NCBI GenBank assembly: GCA_963850305.1
Contig: CAWKKR010000001.1
Span: 448,001 to 512,000, forward strand
Reading direction: 5' to 3'
DNA: 64,000 bases
From: an uncultured delta proteobacterium
GTDB lineage: Bacteria > Myxococcota_A > Polyangia > Polyangiales > Polyangiaceae
Shown: in pieces, positions 1 through 9,066 of the stretch
Layout: each line of letters begins with the position of its first letter
Numbering within the stretch: the first letter of the stretch is position 1
Translations under genes and position numbers: made by a program
Notes under the pieces: generated by a model
What the model saw: only the letters and a program-made list of their open reading frames with translations
The model's database searches: none
Told to the model about the DNA's origin: nothing

Positions 1-552
1 TATTCGCTCCTGAACCTGTCGGCGAACCCTGCTTATGCGCCCCTGTACGATACGACCGTTACCGGGGTGTCCGGCACGGCGACGACGGACACGAGCCGCA
101 CGGAGCTCGTGCGCGAAGAACTCGACACTAGCGGCACGCTCATCGCCGGGACTCAGCAAGTGGTGTCCGAGTTCGCCGTGGATCTGGCGTTCGGCATCAC
201 GTACAGCGGACTCACGACGCCCGTCGGCAGCACGCCGGCATTCGAGCAGCTCTCGACGATCGCGCCGGGGGATCCGGCGGTCGAGACCTGGGCTGGAACG
301 ATGACCCAGGTGGGAACGACGCGCGGCCCGCAGCGGATTCGCGGGATTCACGCCCGCCTGAGCGTGCGTTCGCGCGATGCGGACCGCAGCTCTGGCCTCT
401 CCGGAGGGAGCGCGGACGGCGGCGGGCTGCCCATCCCTTCCGGGCTGTACCGGTTTGGGCTCGGAACGGGGGGAGGCGGACCGTACGCGCGCGTGCGGAC
501 CGTGCAAGCGGACATCGCGCTCCGCAATCAGCGAGGCATCACGTGGCTCTGA
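1..552 (+). CDS. C-terminal part of a PilW-like type IV pilus minor pilin (5' truncated by the window)
   Basis: Frame is open from base 1 to TGA at 550-552 and overlaps the start of the pilX-like gene. The identity is inferred from its position before pilX and pilY1; the diagnostic N-terminus is outside the window. Confidence 0.55.
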   Translation, partial: YSLLNLSANPAYAPLYDTTVTGVSGTATTDTSRTELVREELDTSGTLIAGTQQVVSEFAVDLAFGITYSGLTTPVGSTPAFEQLSTIAPGDPAVETWAGTMTQVGTTRGPQRIRGIHARLSVRSRDADRSSGLSGGSADGGGLPIPSGLYRFGLGTGGGGPYARVRTVQADIALRNQRGITWL

Positions 553-1199
553 CCTCGAACCGCGGCGAGCGCGGGGCAGCTCTCTTCATCGTCGTGCTCA
601 TCGTGACGCTGCTCACGGCAATAGGCACGTTCGCCATCCACGCAACGAGTCTCGCGCAGCTCGCTTCTGGCTACAGCCGGCGCGAAGCGAGCGCCTTTTA
701 CATCGGCGAGTTTGCCATGAACACGGTGGCCTCCGACGTCGCCGACGATACGCGGGGCAACGTGAACGCAGGTACGGTCGGACTCGGCGCGGGCGTGAAC
801 AACTGCCGCGAGACGGCGGCCCTTACGCCGCTCCTCACCGTCGGGGCGCCGAGTTTTTGCAACGTCAAAGACTCCGCGGCGGTGCAGACGCTCGCCGACC
901 TGGCAAACTCGTCGCTGACCACGGACACCGAGGGTTTCTTCGGGGCCATGGTTCGACCGGACGCGCCGCCCGAGCAAGGCGAGACCGCGGACTTCCGGGT
1001 GGAGATCACGGATCACGCGCCCGCGCCGGTCCCCGTCGCTGGAATGCCCATCAGTGGCACCGCCGAGACCTGGCAGGACGCATTCACCGTCATCGCGAGA
1101 GTCGAGCCAGCCAGCATGGGCGACTGCACCGCAAGTGCGACCCAGGCATCGGAAAACCAGAGCATCCGCGGGTACGTCGTCTACACGACGCCGAACTGA
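543..1199 (+). CDS. pilX: PilX-like type IV pilus minor pilin
   Basis: N-terminus RGERG/AALFIVVLIVTLLTAIG is a class III signal peptide lacking Glu+5, typical of PilX. Lies directly upstream of pilY1. Confidence 0.75.
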   Translation: MALTSNRGERGAALFIVVLIVTLLTAIGTFAIHATSLAQLASGYSRREASAFYIGEFAMNTVASDVADDTRGNVNAGTVGLGAGVNNCRETAALTPLLTVGAPSFCNVKDSAAVQTLADLANSSLTTDTEGFFGAMVRPDAPPEQGETADFRVEITDHAPAPVPVAGMPISGTAETWQDAFTVIARVEPASMGDCTASATQASENQSIRGYVVYTTPN

Positions 1200-1211
1200 G
1201 TCGAGTCCATC

Positions 1212-4200
1212 ATGAGAAAACTTGCGCGATCGAAGTGGCTTCTACTCGCGGGGCTCGCTCTATCGAGCAAAGCCGGAGCGCAGCTCGATGTCGTGCCGGC
1301 ACAGCCGAACATCATGCTCCTCGTGGACAACTCCGGATCGATGGAATGGAAGTCCTCGTCGAACACCGATCCGATTTGCGACCCGATGAATCCGAACACC
1401 GGAACGCTCACTCCCAACGACAAGAGCCGCTGGATCGAGCTCATCGAGGCACTGACGGGCACGATCAGCAACTACAGTTGCTATGCGGAACCGCGGACCG
1501 TCGCCAGCGGGTTCAACCTGGAGTTCGAGCAGGACATAAACAATCCGCCTTACGATCTCGGGTACACGGAGGCGTATCACCGGCCGCTCAGCAGTCAGTG
1601 CGCGCCGGGTCCGGGCACGATGCCGCCGATCACCGGGCCTTATCAATTTCCCGCGAACGGCATCACGTTTCGCCCATATCAGGGGTCGGGGATCACCCTC
1701 AATCCGGCGACGCCGTGTACGTTCAGTCAATCGAGCGACGGGCTCCTCGACGCCTGGGACGGCATCTTCCGGTTCGGCCTCATGACGTTCGATCCGCAGC
1801 CCGATCCAGGAACGGGCCTCAACGCGGACGGCAGCGCGAATTACACGACGGGGCGCACCGGCACCTGGAGTTACTTCTTCGGAACGCCGGGCGTCAGTTG
1901 CGACGGGCATACGCCGCTCGGGACCGTGAGCCAGTGCGGCGGAGTGAGCTCCGGCTGTTGCACCGGCGGACCATGGGACTGCACTTCGCCGACCGGCTAC
2001 GATGTCGGAGCGCGAAATGCGGCGGCTCCCCCGTGGGAGGGGCGGCTCGTCGCCTTCGGACCGTCGGCAGAGGACGGCACTCAGCGGAACCAGTGGATCC
2101 AGCAGATCCTACTGGCGACGCGCCCCTACTCGGCGACGCCGATCGCCGGGATGTTGAGCGACGCGCGTGACTTCTTCTGGTACGACAACACACCTGATCC
2201 GGCGTCACCCGCGCCATCGATCATGGGGCCGTCCACGGATCCGCTCGTGAAGAACGGGGACCCGACCACCGGCGCGTGCCGCCAGAACTACATCATCCTG
2301 CTCACGGACGGAGAGCCAAACCTCGATCTCCGGCCCGAGTGCTCGAACGGCACGGTCGACAAGTGCCCGTACGACACGCCCGACAACATCGTCAACGACA
2401 TGGTGACGGCCACGGCGCATCCGCAGGTGCGGACGTTCGTCGTCGGCTTCGCCGTGAGTAACGCCACGGTGACGAGCAAGGATGGCGGCGCGACCGCCGT
2501 CGATTGCGCGACGATGGACATCAGCATGTGCAACCCGCTGCCCACGGACCCGACTCTCAAGGCATGCTGCACCCTGAACGAGATTGCCTACAACGGGACA
2601 CCGGTCGCGCTGCGGGGGCCACCGAACCAGACGCCACCCGTAGACCACGCTTACTTTCCGACGGATCCGCAGTCGCTCCGCACTTCGCTCGCGACGATCC
2701 TCCAGAGCATCAAGCTGCCGTCGACGAGCCGCACGTTTCCGGTCACCGTGAGCGCACCGCCGCCGAGTGCGGCCTCCACCTCATCGACGAGCGGGGCCAG
2801 TCCGGTCGTCGGTTATCAGTTCACTGCCGGGACTCAGGTGACGAACGCCAGCTGGAAGGGGGAACTCCTGCGGCAGCGCATCACTTGCACGAACGGGGCG
2901 CCGCCGGCTCCGCTCGATGTGGACCCGAGCCAAGGCGATGACTTCGTCGCAAACGTGAACACTGACCCCACGAAGAGGACCATCTTCACGTTTCAACCCG
3001 ACGCCATTGGCGCCGGGACGGTGCGACAGCCGACGTACTCCTTGCGGCCCTTCCTGGATGCAACGGTGACCGACGGACTGGGCAACTACTCAGGATCGCA
3101 GACGAGCTACGACACCGCGACCAACTTCCCGGGCGACGTAGATCCCAATTCGCTGGCGCTGGCGGCCAATGCGTGTGGGATAACGGTTTCAGCCGCGGAC
3201 TGCGCGAACCGACTGCTCTCCTGGATCATCGGTTTGCCGGGCGCATCCCCCGTCAACCGGTGCTGGACGGGAGCGTGTAACGCGATCGGAGATATCTTTC
3301 ACTCGTTGCCGCAAGTCCGTCCGGGCACCCCGGCCGAGTTTCTTCGGGATTCGACGTACCTGAATTTCGCGGCCGGTCTGACGACACGCGACACGATGCT
3401 CTACACGTCGAGCAACGACGGCTTCTTGCATGCGTTCACGGTGAGCACCGGCAACGATCCGGCGGCCACGGGTTCCCGCATCACACCCCAGAACGAGACC
3501 AACAATGAGCAGTGGGCCTTCATCCCGCCAGCCGTGCTGCCCTCGTTCATCACGATGTACTCGGGGGACGAGCAGGTGCCCGTGAACCGGATCCCGGCCC
3601 TCGACGGGACCGCCGTCATCAAGGACGTGGGCGTGACTCAGGGCGGATCCCGCGCACTCAATGCCGCCACGTATCCTTACCGCTTCGAACGCAAAAAGGC
3701 GCCGGATGCGTCGCAGGGCGAATCGAATACGTTCCGGACCATCCTCGTGGAAGCGTACGGCCACAACCGCGGCGGCTACTTCGCCCTCGACATCACGAAG
3801 CCGAGCATCGACGCCGCGAACCCGCTCACGGCGGGGCCGAAGTTCCTGTGGCAGCTCACGACGGACGCGAACGGTAACCAGCTCTTCGGCAAGGGGAGCA
3901 GCACGCCCCTCATCACCACCGTGTTCATGAACACGGGCCTTTCCCCCGAGCCGAACCGAGAGGTAGCCGTCGCCGTCCTTCCGGGCGGCCTCGGAGATTC
4001 GCCGACGACCACCACGTCGCAGTGCTCCGCGGATGCGTCGTCGGCGATGGCGATCTCGGGGTCGATTCCCAGCGCCTTCCGGCAAAAGATCCGCTGCTAC
4101 GACGTCAGCGGCGGGTCGATGAACTCCGTCGCGGCGAGATCGCTCACGATCGTCCGCCTGGATACGGGGCAAATCATCCGGACCTTCCGACCGCAGGTGC

Positions 4201-5165
4201 CCGGGAACACGGCTCAACCGATCACCTTTCCCACCGGAACGGGAGCGGACGTGACGAACTACACGTGGGGGCCGACCGGAACCAAGGTCGGGCTCGACAT
4301 CAGCGCGCCCATCTCGGGCCAACCGGTGGCGTATCCTTCGGAAACCGGGGCCGTCGCGGACCGCATCTTCGTCGGAGACCAGGAGGGCCGTATCTGGCGC
4401 GTCGATGTGTCGAATACCGACCCGAGTCTCTGGCAGATGAACGTCTTCTACGACCCGTTCACGGATTCGGGGCCGAACATGGACCTCGGCCAGCCGATCC
4501 AGAACGCGCCTGTTTTGAGCGTGGACAACAACGGACAGATCACCGTCGCCTTCTCGACTGGCGATCAGGACAGCCTGACGCCGGACCCGACCCAGACGAA
4601 CTACGTTGCGTCCGTGACGGAAGCGGTGACGGTCGCGACGGATGGGACGCGCACCTACAAGTCGCAGCTCAACTGGCGCTACGGCTGGACGGGCGGCGAA
4701 CGAGTCCTCGGGCCCCTGACGCTCTTCAACAAGACGCTTTACTACTCGAGCTTCGCCGAAGGCGCGGACTGCACCGACATCGGCGCGAGCACCATCTGGG
4801 GCGTGGACTATCTGCAGCCCAAGGACGCCACGTTGCTCAGTGGCGGACTCCTCGCAAAGCAGGCCGACGGCTCCTCGGATTTCAAGGTGACCGAGGATGG
4901 AGCCGTGGTCGCCGGCGTGGCGCTCCGCCAGCTCCCCTCGTGCAATACGAACGTGACGAACTCGGGGGGGTCCGATAGTTTCCTCGGGTACGGCAACATG
5001 ACGCAGACGACCACCACGACCCCTGGTAGCTTCCAGCTGGTGTTCATCAAGGGTGGCTCGACCGTCGGCGCGACCACGACGACACCCCTCGTCACGCAAA
5101 CCATCGCGCTACCTCCCCCAAAGACCCCAACGCGTATCGACTCGTGGGCCCCCATCATCGAGTGA
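1212..5165 (+). CDS. pilY1: PilY1 type IV pilus tip adhesin (vWA domain plus C-terminal beta-propeller), 1317 aa
   Basis: Signal peptide; MIDAS-like LLVDNSGSM and LLTDGEP; PilY1 propeller motifs GDIFHS, NDGFLHAF, EQWAFIP, GDQEGRIWRVD; Cys-rich. Confidence 0.88.
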   Translation: MRKLARSKWLLLAGLALSSKAGAQLDVVPAQPNIMLLVDNSGSMEWKSSSNTDPICDPMNPNTGTLTPNDKSRWIELIEALTGTISNYSCYAEPRTVASGFNLEFEQDINNPPYDLGYTEAYHRPLSSQCAPGPGTMPPITGPYQFPANGITFRPYQGSGITLNPATPCTFSQSSDGLLDAWDGIFRFGLMTFDPQPDPGTGLNADGSANYTTGRTGTWSYFFGTPGVSCDGHTPLGTVSQCGGVSSGCCTGGPWDCTSPTGYDVGARNAAAPPWEGRLVAFGPSAEDGTQRNQWIQQILLATRPYSATPIAGMLSDARDFFWYDNTPDPASPAPSIMGPSTDPLVKNGDPTTGACRQNYIILLTDGEPNLDLRPECSNGTVDKCPYDTPDNIVNDMVTATAHPQVRTFVVGFAVSNATVTSKDGGATAVDCATMDISMCNPLPTDPTLKACCTLNEIAYNGTPVALRGPPNQTPPVDHAYFPTDPQSLRTSLATILQSIKLPSTSRTFPVTVSAPPPSAASTSSTSGASPVVGYQFTAGTQVTNASWKGELLRQRITCTNGAPPAPLDVDPSQGDDFVANVNTDPTKRTIFTFQPDAIGAGTVRQPTYSLRPFLDATVTDGLGNYSGSQTSYDTATNFPGDVDPNSLALAANACGITVSAADCANRLLSWIIGLPGASPVNRCWTGACNAIGDIFHSLPQVRPGTPAEFLRDSTYLNFAAGLTTRDTMLYTSSNDGFLHAFTVSTGNDPAATGSRITPQNETNNEQWAFIPPAVLPSFITMYSGDEQVPVNRIPALDGTAVIKDVGVTQGGSRALNAATYPYRFERKKAPDASQGESNTFRTILVEAYGHNRGGYFALDITKPSIDAANPLTAGPKFLWQLTTDANGNQLFGKGSSTPLITTVFMNTGLSPEPNREVAVAVLPGGLGDSPTTTTSQCSADASSAMAISGSIPSAFRQKIRCYDVSGGSMNSVAARSLTIVRLDTGQIIRTFRPQVPGNTAQPITFPTGTGADVTNYTWGPTGTKVGLDISAPISGQPVAYPSETGAVADRIFVGDQEGRIWRVDVSNTDPSLWQMNVFYDPFTDSGPNMDLGQPIQNAPVLSVDNNGQITVAFSTGDQDSLTPDPTQTNYVASVTEAVTVATDGTRTYKSQLNWRYGWTGGERVLGPLTLFNKTLYYSSFAEGADCTDIGASTIWGVDYLQPKDATLLSGGLLAKQADGSSDFKVTEDGAVVAGVALRQLPSCNTNVTNSGGSDSFLGYGNMTQTTTTTPGSFQLVFIKGGSTVGATTTTPLVTQTIALPPPKTPTRIDSWAPIIE

Positions 5166-5680
5166 GGAAGCTCCTTGGTCCGGCGCTCGTGCTGCTCGCG
5201 AGCGGATGCCGACGGCCCCCGCCCGCGCATCTGACGCTCGCTCCGTCGGCCAGCGCGACGCTGCCGCCGATCGATCACCTGGCGCCTGGAGAGCTGCTCC
5301 CGGGTGACCAGCGTCTGTTCGGACTGCTCCTTCCCCGGGGCATGGGAGTGGGCGCCAGCGAGCCGGGAACCGCGTACGCGAAGGGTCCGCTCACGCCCGA
5401 AGACGTCGCAAACTACGTCCGCGATCGAGTCGACAATCGACGTATCGAGCTCGGGGCCGTCGGAACCGTGTTCTCGTCGGTGCACATCCTGGGGGGCGAC
5501 CCGTCGAGGCTTTATCGCATCGACGTGAACCCGGCGGGGGCCGGCACGGAGCTCGTCTTCCACGATGTTTCGCCGAAGCCCACCCCGATTCCCGATCCGC
5601 ACCTGACGGACGCCGAGCGCTGGAAGCGCGCGGGCTACACGCCGAATGGTCGGCCCCTGGATCCGATGAATCTACGGTAA
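5162..5680 (+). CDS. Hypothetical lipoprotein coupled to pilY1
   Basis: GTG at 5162 overlaps the pilY1 stop (GTGA). VRKLLGPALVLLASGC is a lipobox. Confidence 0.65.
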   Translation: MRKLLGPALVLLASGCRRPPPAHLTLAPSASATLPPIDHLAPGELLPGDQRLFGLLLPRGMGVGASEPGTAYAKGPLTPEDVANYVRDRVDNRRIELGAVGTVFSSVHILGGDPSRLYRIDVNPAGAGTELVFHDVSPKPTPIPDPHLTDAERWKRAGYTPNGRPLDPMNLR

Positions 5681-5754
5681 GACTCGTGCGGGAGTCCCTC
5701 TCGCAACGGCCAGGACCGGTTGTCGCGGCGAGGAAATCACGGTACCGAACGCCG

Positions 5755-6861
5755 ATGACCGAGCTCCGGCGCACACCGCTCCACGCTGAACACGTTCGCC
5801 TCGGCGCTCGACTCGTGCCGTTCGCGGGGTGGGAAATGCCGGTGCAGTACAAGGGCATCTCCGCGGAACACGCGGCGGTCCGCGAACGCGTGGGGGTGTT
5901 CGACGTCTCCCACATGGGCGAGCTCTGGTTCACGGGCCCGGCTGCGGTCGCCGTCGTCGATTCGCTCGTAACGAACGACATCGGAAAGCTCCCTGACGGC
6001 AAGGCCGCATACACGTGCTGCTGCAACGAACGCGGGACCATCCTCGACGATCTCATCGTCTATCGCTTCTCCGGAGACCGCGTGCTCGTCGTGTGCAACG
6101 CGTCCAATCGAGACAAGATCGCCGCCCACTTCCGCAACCACGCCGCCGGAAAGACGACGCTCGAAGACGCGAGCGACCGGACGGCGCTCATCGCTCTTCA
6201 AGGCCCCAGGGCGCTCGCGACTCTTTCGGCGGCGGGCGTCGGAATTGCCGACGTCGCGAATGCGCTCGCGACGTTTCGCATTCGCGAGACGTCGGTAGCC
6301 GGCCATCCCGCCATCGTTGCCCGTACCGGATACACGGGAGAAGATGGCGTCGAGATCTTCTGCGCCAGCGAGGACGCCGTTGCGATCTGGTCCGCTCTGC
6401 TCGAGACCGGCGCGTCGTACGGCATCGAGCCGATCGGCCTCGGCGCGCGCGACACCCTCCGGCTCGAAGCTCGGCTGGCACTTTACGGCAACGACATCGA
6501 CGAGACCACGAACCCGATCGAGGCCGGCCTCGGCTGGGTGGTGAAGCTCGACAAGACGGACTTCATCGGCAAGAGCGCGCTCATGACCGTCAAGAGCGAA
6601 GGCACGCCGAGGAAGCTGGTTGGCTTCGAAATGACGGGCCGTGGGGTGGCCCGCCACGGCTACGACCTGAAAGATGCGAGCGGCGTCAAGGTGGGCGTCT
6701 GCACCTCCGGCGGGCCCTCCCCCACCCTGGGCAAGAACATCGGGCTCGGCTACTTGCGGGCGTCATTGGGCGCCGTCGGGACCGACTTTCTCGTGGATTG
6801 CCGCGGACGAGACATCGCGGCGCGCGTGGTCACGACACCTTTCTACAAGCGTCGAGCCTAG
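5755..6861 (+). CDS. gcvT: Glycine cleavage system aminomethyltransferase T
   Basis: LRRTPL, FAGWEMPVQY, FDVSHMG, RTGYTGEDG, GLGARDTLRLEA and PFYKR motifs. Start placed at ATG 5755. Confidence 0.96.
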   Translation: MTELRRTPLHAEHVRLGARLVPFAGWEMPVQYKGISAEHAAVRERVGVFDVSHMGELWFTGPAAVAVVDSLVTNDIGKLPDGKAAYTCCCNERGTILDDLIVYRFSGDRVLVVCNASNRDKIAAHFRNHAAGKTTLEDASDRTALIALQGPRALATLSAAGVGIADVANALATFRIRETSVAGHPAIVARTGYTGEDGVEIFCASEDAVAIWSALLETGASYGIEPIGLGARDTLRLEARLALYGNDIDETTNPIEAGLGWVVKLDKTDFIGKSALMTVKSEGTPRKLVGFEMTGRGVARHGYDLKDASGVKVGVCTSGGPSPTLGKNIGLGYLRASLGAVGTDFLVDCRGRDIAARVVTTPFYKRRA

Positions 6862-6876
6862 CCGCCACAGGGCAGC

Positions 6877-6910
6877 CGGCTCATCGCGGCTCATCACGGC
6901 TCATTGCGGC
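6877..6910. repeat. 10-bp tandem direct repeat CGGCTCATYR, about 3.4 copies
   Basis: cggctcatcg-cggctcatca-cggctcattg-cggc in the gcvT-gcvH spacer. Confidence 0.85.
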
Positions 6911-6940
6911 CCCTCGGAAAGCAGTGTTAAGGAATCGAAA

Positions 6941-7339
6941 ATGGCCATCGCCACTGACGTGAAAGACGACCGCCGCTACACGAAGGATCACGAGTGGGCG
7001 CTCGAGAAGGCCGGGGAAACCGTCGTCGGGATCACGGCGTTCGCCGTGGATCAGCTCGGTGACATCACCCTCGTGAACTTCGACGTGAAGCCGGGCGATA
7101 GCGTCACGGCCGGTAAAGCGTTCGGCACCATCGAGAGCGTGAAGACCCTGAGCGATCTCTTCGCGCCGATGAGCGGTAAGGTCGTGCGCGTGAACAAGAG
7201 CCTCGAGGACAAGCCCGAGCTCGTGAACGAGGATTGCTGGGGCGAAGGCTGGATGGTCGCGATCCTGCCATCCGGAGCGACCGGCGAGCTCATGGATGCC
7301 ACCGCGTACAAGACCTTCGTGATGGAGTCGGCCCACTGA
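6941..7339 (+). CDS. gcvH: Glycine cleavage system H protein
   Basis: YTKDHEW, GIT.FA.DQLGDI, lipoyl-lysine motif IESVKT, VNEDCWGEGW. AAGGA lies upstream of ATG 6941. Confidence 0.96.
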   Translation: MAIATDVKDDRRYTKDHEWALEKAGETVVGITAFAVDQLGDITLVNFDVKPGDSVTAGKAFGTIESVKTLSDLFAPMSGKVVRVNKSLEDKPELVNEDCWGEGWMVAILPSGATGELMDATAYKTFVMESAH

Positions 7340-8697
7340 TGATGCGCTACCTCCCCCACACGGAGGAGGAGATCGCTGAGATGCTTGCCGTCATCGGTAA
7401 GACAACGGTCGACGATCTCTTCACGAGCATCCCCGAAGAAGCGCGGTTTCGCGGCAAGCTCGCCGTGCCGGATGCGCTCGACGAAGCGTCACTGATGGGG
7501 CAGATGTCCGCGCTCGCCGCGAAGAACAGCGCCGCGACGATGCTCTCGTTCCTCGGCGCGGGCGCCTACGCGCATCACATTCCGCCGGCGGTCGATCAGC
7601 TCCTGCTGCGAAGCGAATTTTATACGGCCTACACGCCGTACCAGCCTGAAGTCGCCCAGGGAACGCTTCAAGCGATCTGGGAGTTTCAGACAATCGTGAG
7701 CGAGATCTACGGACTTCCGCTGGCGAACGCGAGCCTCTACGATGGTGCGAGCGCAGCTGCCGAGGGCGCGCAGATGGCACGGCGACTGACGAAGCGCGAA
7801 CGCGTGCTCGTGTGCAGGTCGGTTCACCCGGATTACCGGAAGGTCGTGGAGACGTATCTCGGCGGCGCGGCGCGCGGGCGCTACGCGGAGGTTGCGCTCG
7901 GCGATGACGGCGGGCCGAGCCTTTCGGCGATCGAGGCGGCGCTCGCGGACGATACCGCGTGTGTCGTGGTTGGATACCCGAGCTTCTACGGCACTCTCTC
8001 GGATCTCTCCCGCATCGCGGAACTCGTGCACGGGCGCGGGGCGCTTCTCGTCACCGCGAATTCGGAGCCCTACGCACTCGCCATAGCAGAGTCACCGGGC
8101 GGGCTCGGGGCCGACATCGCCGTCGGGGAGGGTCAGCCGCTCGCATGCCCGCCGGGCTTCGGCGGTCCTGGAGTCGGCTTGTTCGCCTGCAGGGACGACC
8201 GACAGTACCTGCAGCAGCTACCCGGCAGGCTTTGCGGCGCCACGGTCGACACGAACGGCAAGCGCGGCTTCGTGCTGACGTTATCGACGCGCGAGCAGCA
8301 CATCCGTCGTGAGCGAGCGACCAGCAACATCTGTACGAATCAGGGACTCCTTGCGCTATCGCTCACGATTCGCACGAGCATGCTCGGCAAGCGCGGGTTC
8401 GTGGAAGCCGGGCAGCAGTGTCTCTCGAAGGCCGTCTATCTACGCGACCGGATCCTGGAGCTCCCGGGGTACTCGGCCTCGTTCGCGCCCGCTCCCTTCT
8501 TCAACGAATTCGCGGTGCGCACCCGCGGGGGGGATGCGGCTCGCGTGTGCACCGAGCTCGAGAAGAGCGGGATCGTGGCGGGTCTCGATCTCGCGCGCGT
8601 CGCTCCGGAGATGCGCGGTTCGCTGCTCATCGCAGTGACCGAGACACACACTCGCGCGGACCTCGATCGATTCAGGGATGCGCTCGGCCGGGTTTGA
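7339..8697 (+). CDS. gcvPA: Glycine dehydrogenase (decarboxylating) subunit 1
   Basis: MRYLPHT, FLGAGAY, YTAYTPYQPEVAQG, REQHIRRERATSNICTNQ; about 452 aa, the split-type alpha subunit. TGATG coupling with gcvH (start 7339 or 7342). Confidence 0.95.
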   Translation: MMRYLPHTEEEIAEMLAVIGKTTVDDLFTSIPEEARFRGKLAVPDALDEASLMGQMSALAAKNSAATMLSFLGAGAYAHHIPPAVDQLLLRSEFYTAYTPYQPEVAQGTLQAIWEFQTIVSEIYGLPLANASLYDGASAAAEGAQMARRLTKRERVLVCRSVHPDYRKVVETYLGGAARGRYAEVALGDDGGPSLSAIEAALADDTACVVVGYPSFYGTLSDLSRIAELVHGRGALLVTANSEPYALAIAESPGGLGADIAVGEGQPLACPPGFGGPGVGLFACRDDRQYLQQLPGRLCGATVDTNGKRGFVLTLSTREQHIRRERATSNICTNQGLLALSLTIRTSMLGKRGFVEAGQQCLSKAVYLRDRILELPGYSASFAPAPFFNEFAVRTRGGDAARVCTELEKSGIVAGLDLARVAPEMRGSLLIAVTETHTRADLDRFRDALGRV

Positions 8698-8710
8698 GTT
8701 AGTGAGAAAA

Positions 8711-9012
8711 GGGGCCTTGCCCCCGCGGCTCGCTTCGCGACCGCTCCCCCGCCGCCTTCGGCGGGCTCGCTCCGCTCGTTTGGCAATGGGGGCCTTGCCC
8801 CCGCGGCTCGCTTCGCGACCGCTCCCCCGCCGCCTTCGGCGGGCTCGCTCCGCTCGTTTGGCAATGGGGGCCTTGCCCCCGCGGCTCGCTTCGCGACCGC
8901 TCCCCCGCCGCCTTCGGCGGGCTCGCTCCGCTCGTTTGGCAATGGGGGCCTTGCCCCCGCGGCTCGCTTCGCGACCGCTCCCCCGCCGCCTTCGGCGGGC
9001 TCGCTCCGCTCG
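8711..9012. repeat. Tandem array of about 3.9 identical 78-bp palindrome-rich (REP-like) units
   Basis: Unit ggggccttgcccccgcggctcgcttcgcgaccgctcccccgccgccttcggcgggctcgctccgctcgtttggcaatg recurs at 8711, 8789, 8867 and 8945, between convergent genes. Confidence 0.95.
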
Positions 9013-9066
9013 CGTAGTTCCGCGCGCGCTTCGGCCCTGGGGGACGACGCGCGCGTCGATGCGGAA

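Noticed and set aside
3189..5099. Long antisense or alternate-frame ORFs (e.g. 3189-5099, 11300-13165, 23731-25353, 47096-48853, 57124-59016)
   Set aside because: Typical high-GC shadow ORFs: Arg/Ala/Gly-rich, motif-free and overlapping well-supported genes.
5681..5754. Glycine riboswitch expected upstream of gcvT
   Set aside because: Only about 75 nt are available and I see no recognisable aptamer motifs.
8711..9012. CRISPR interpretation of this and the other arrays (43216-43530, 45036-45182, 45586-46050)
   Set aside because: The units are contiguous with no unique spacers, and there are no cas genes in the window.
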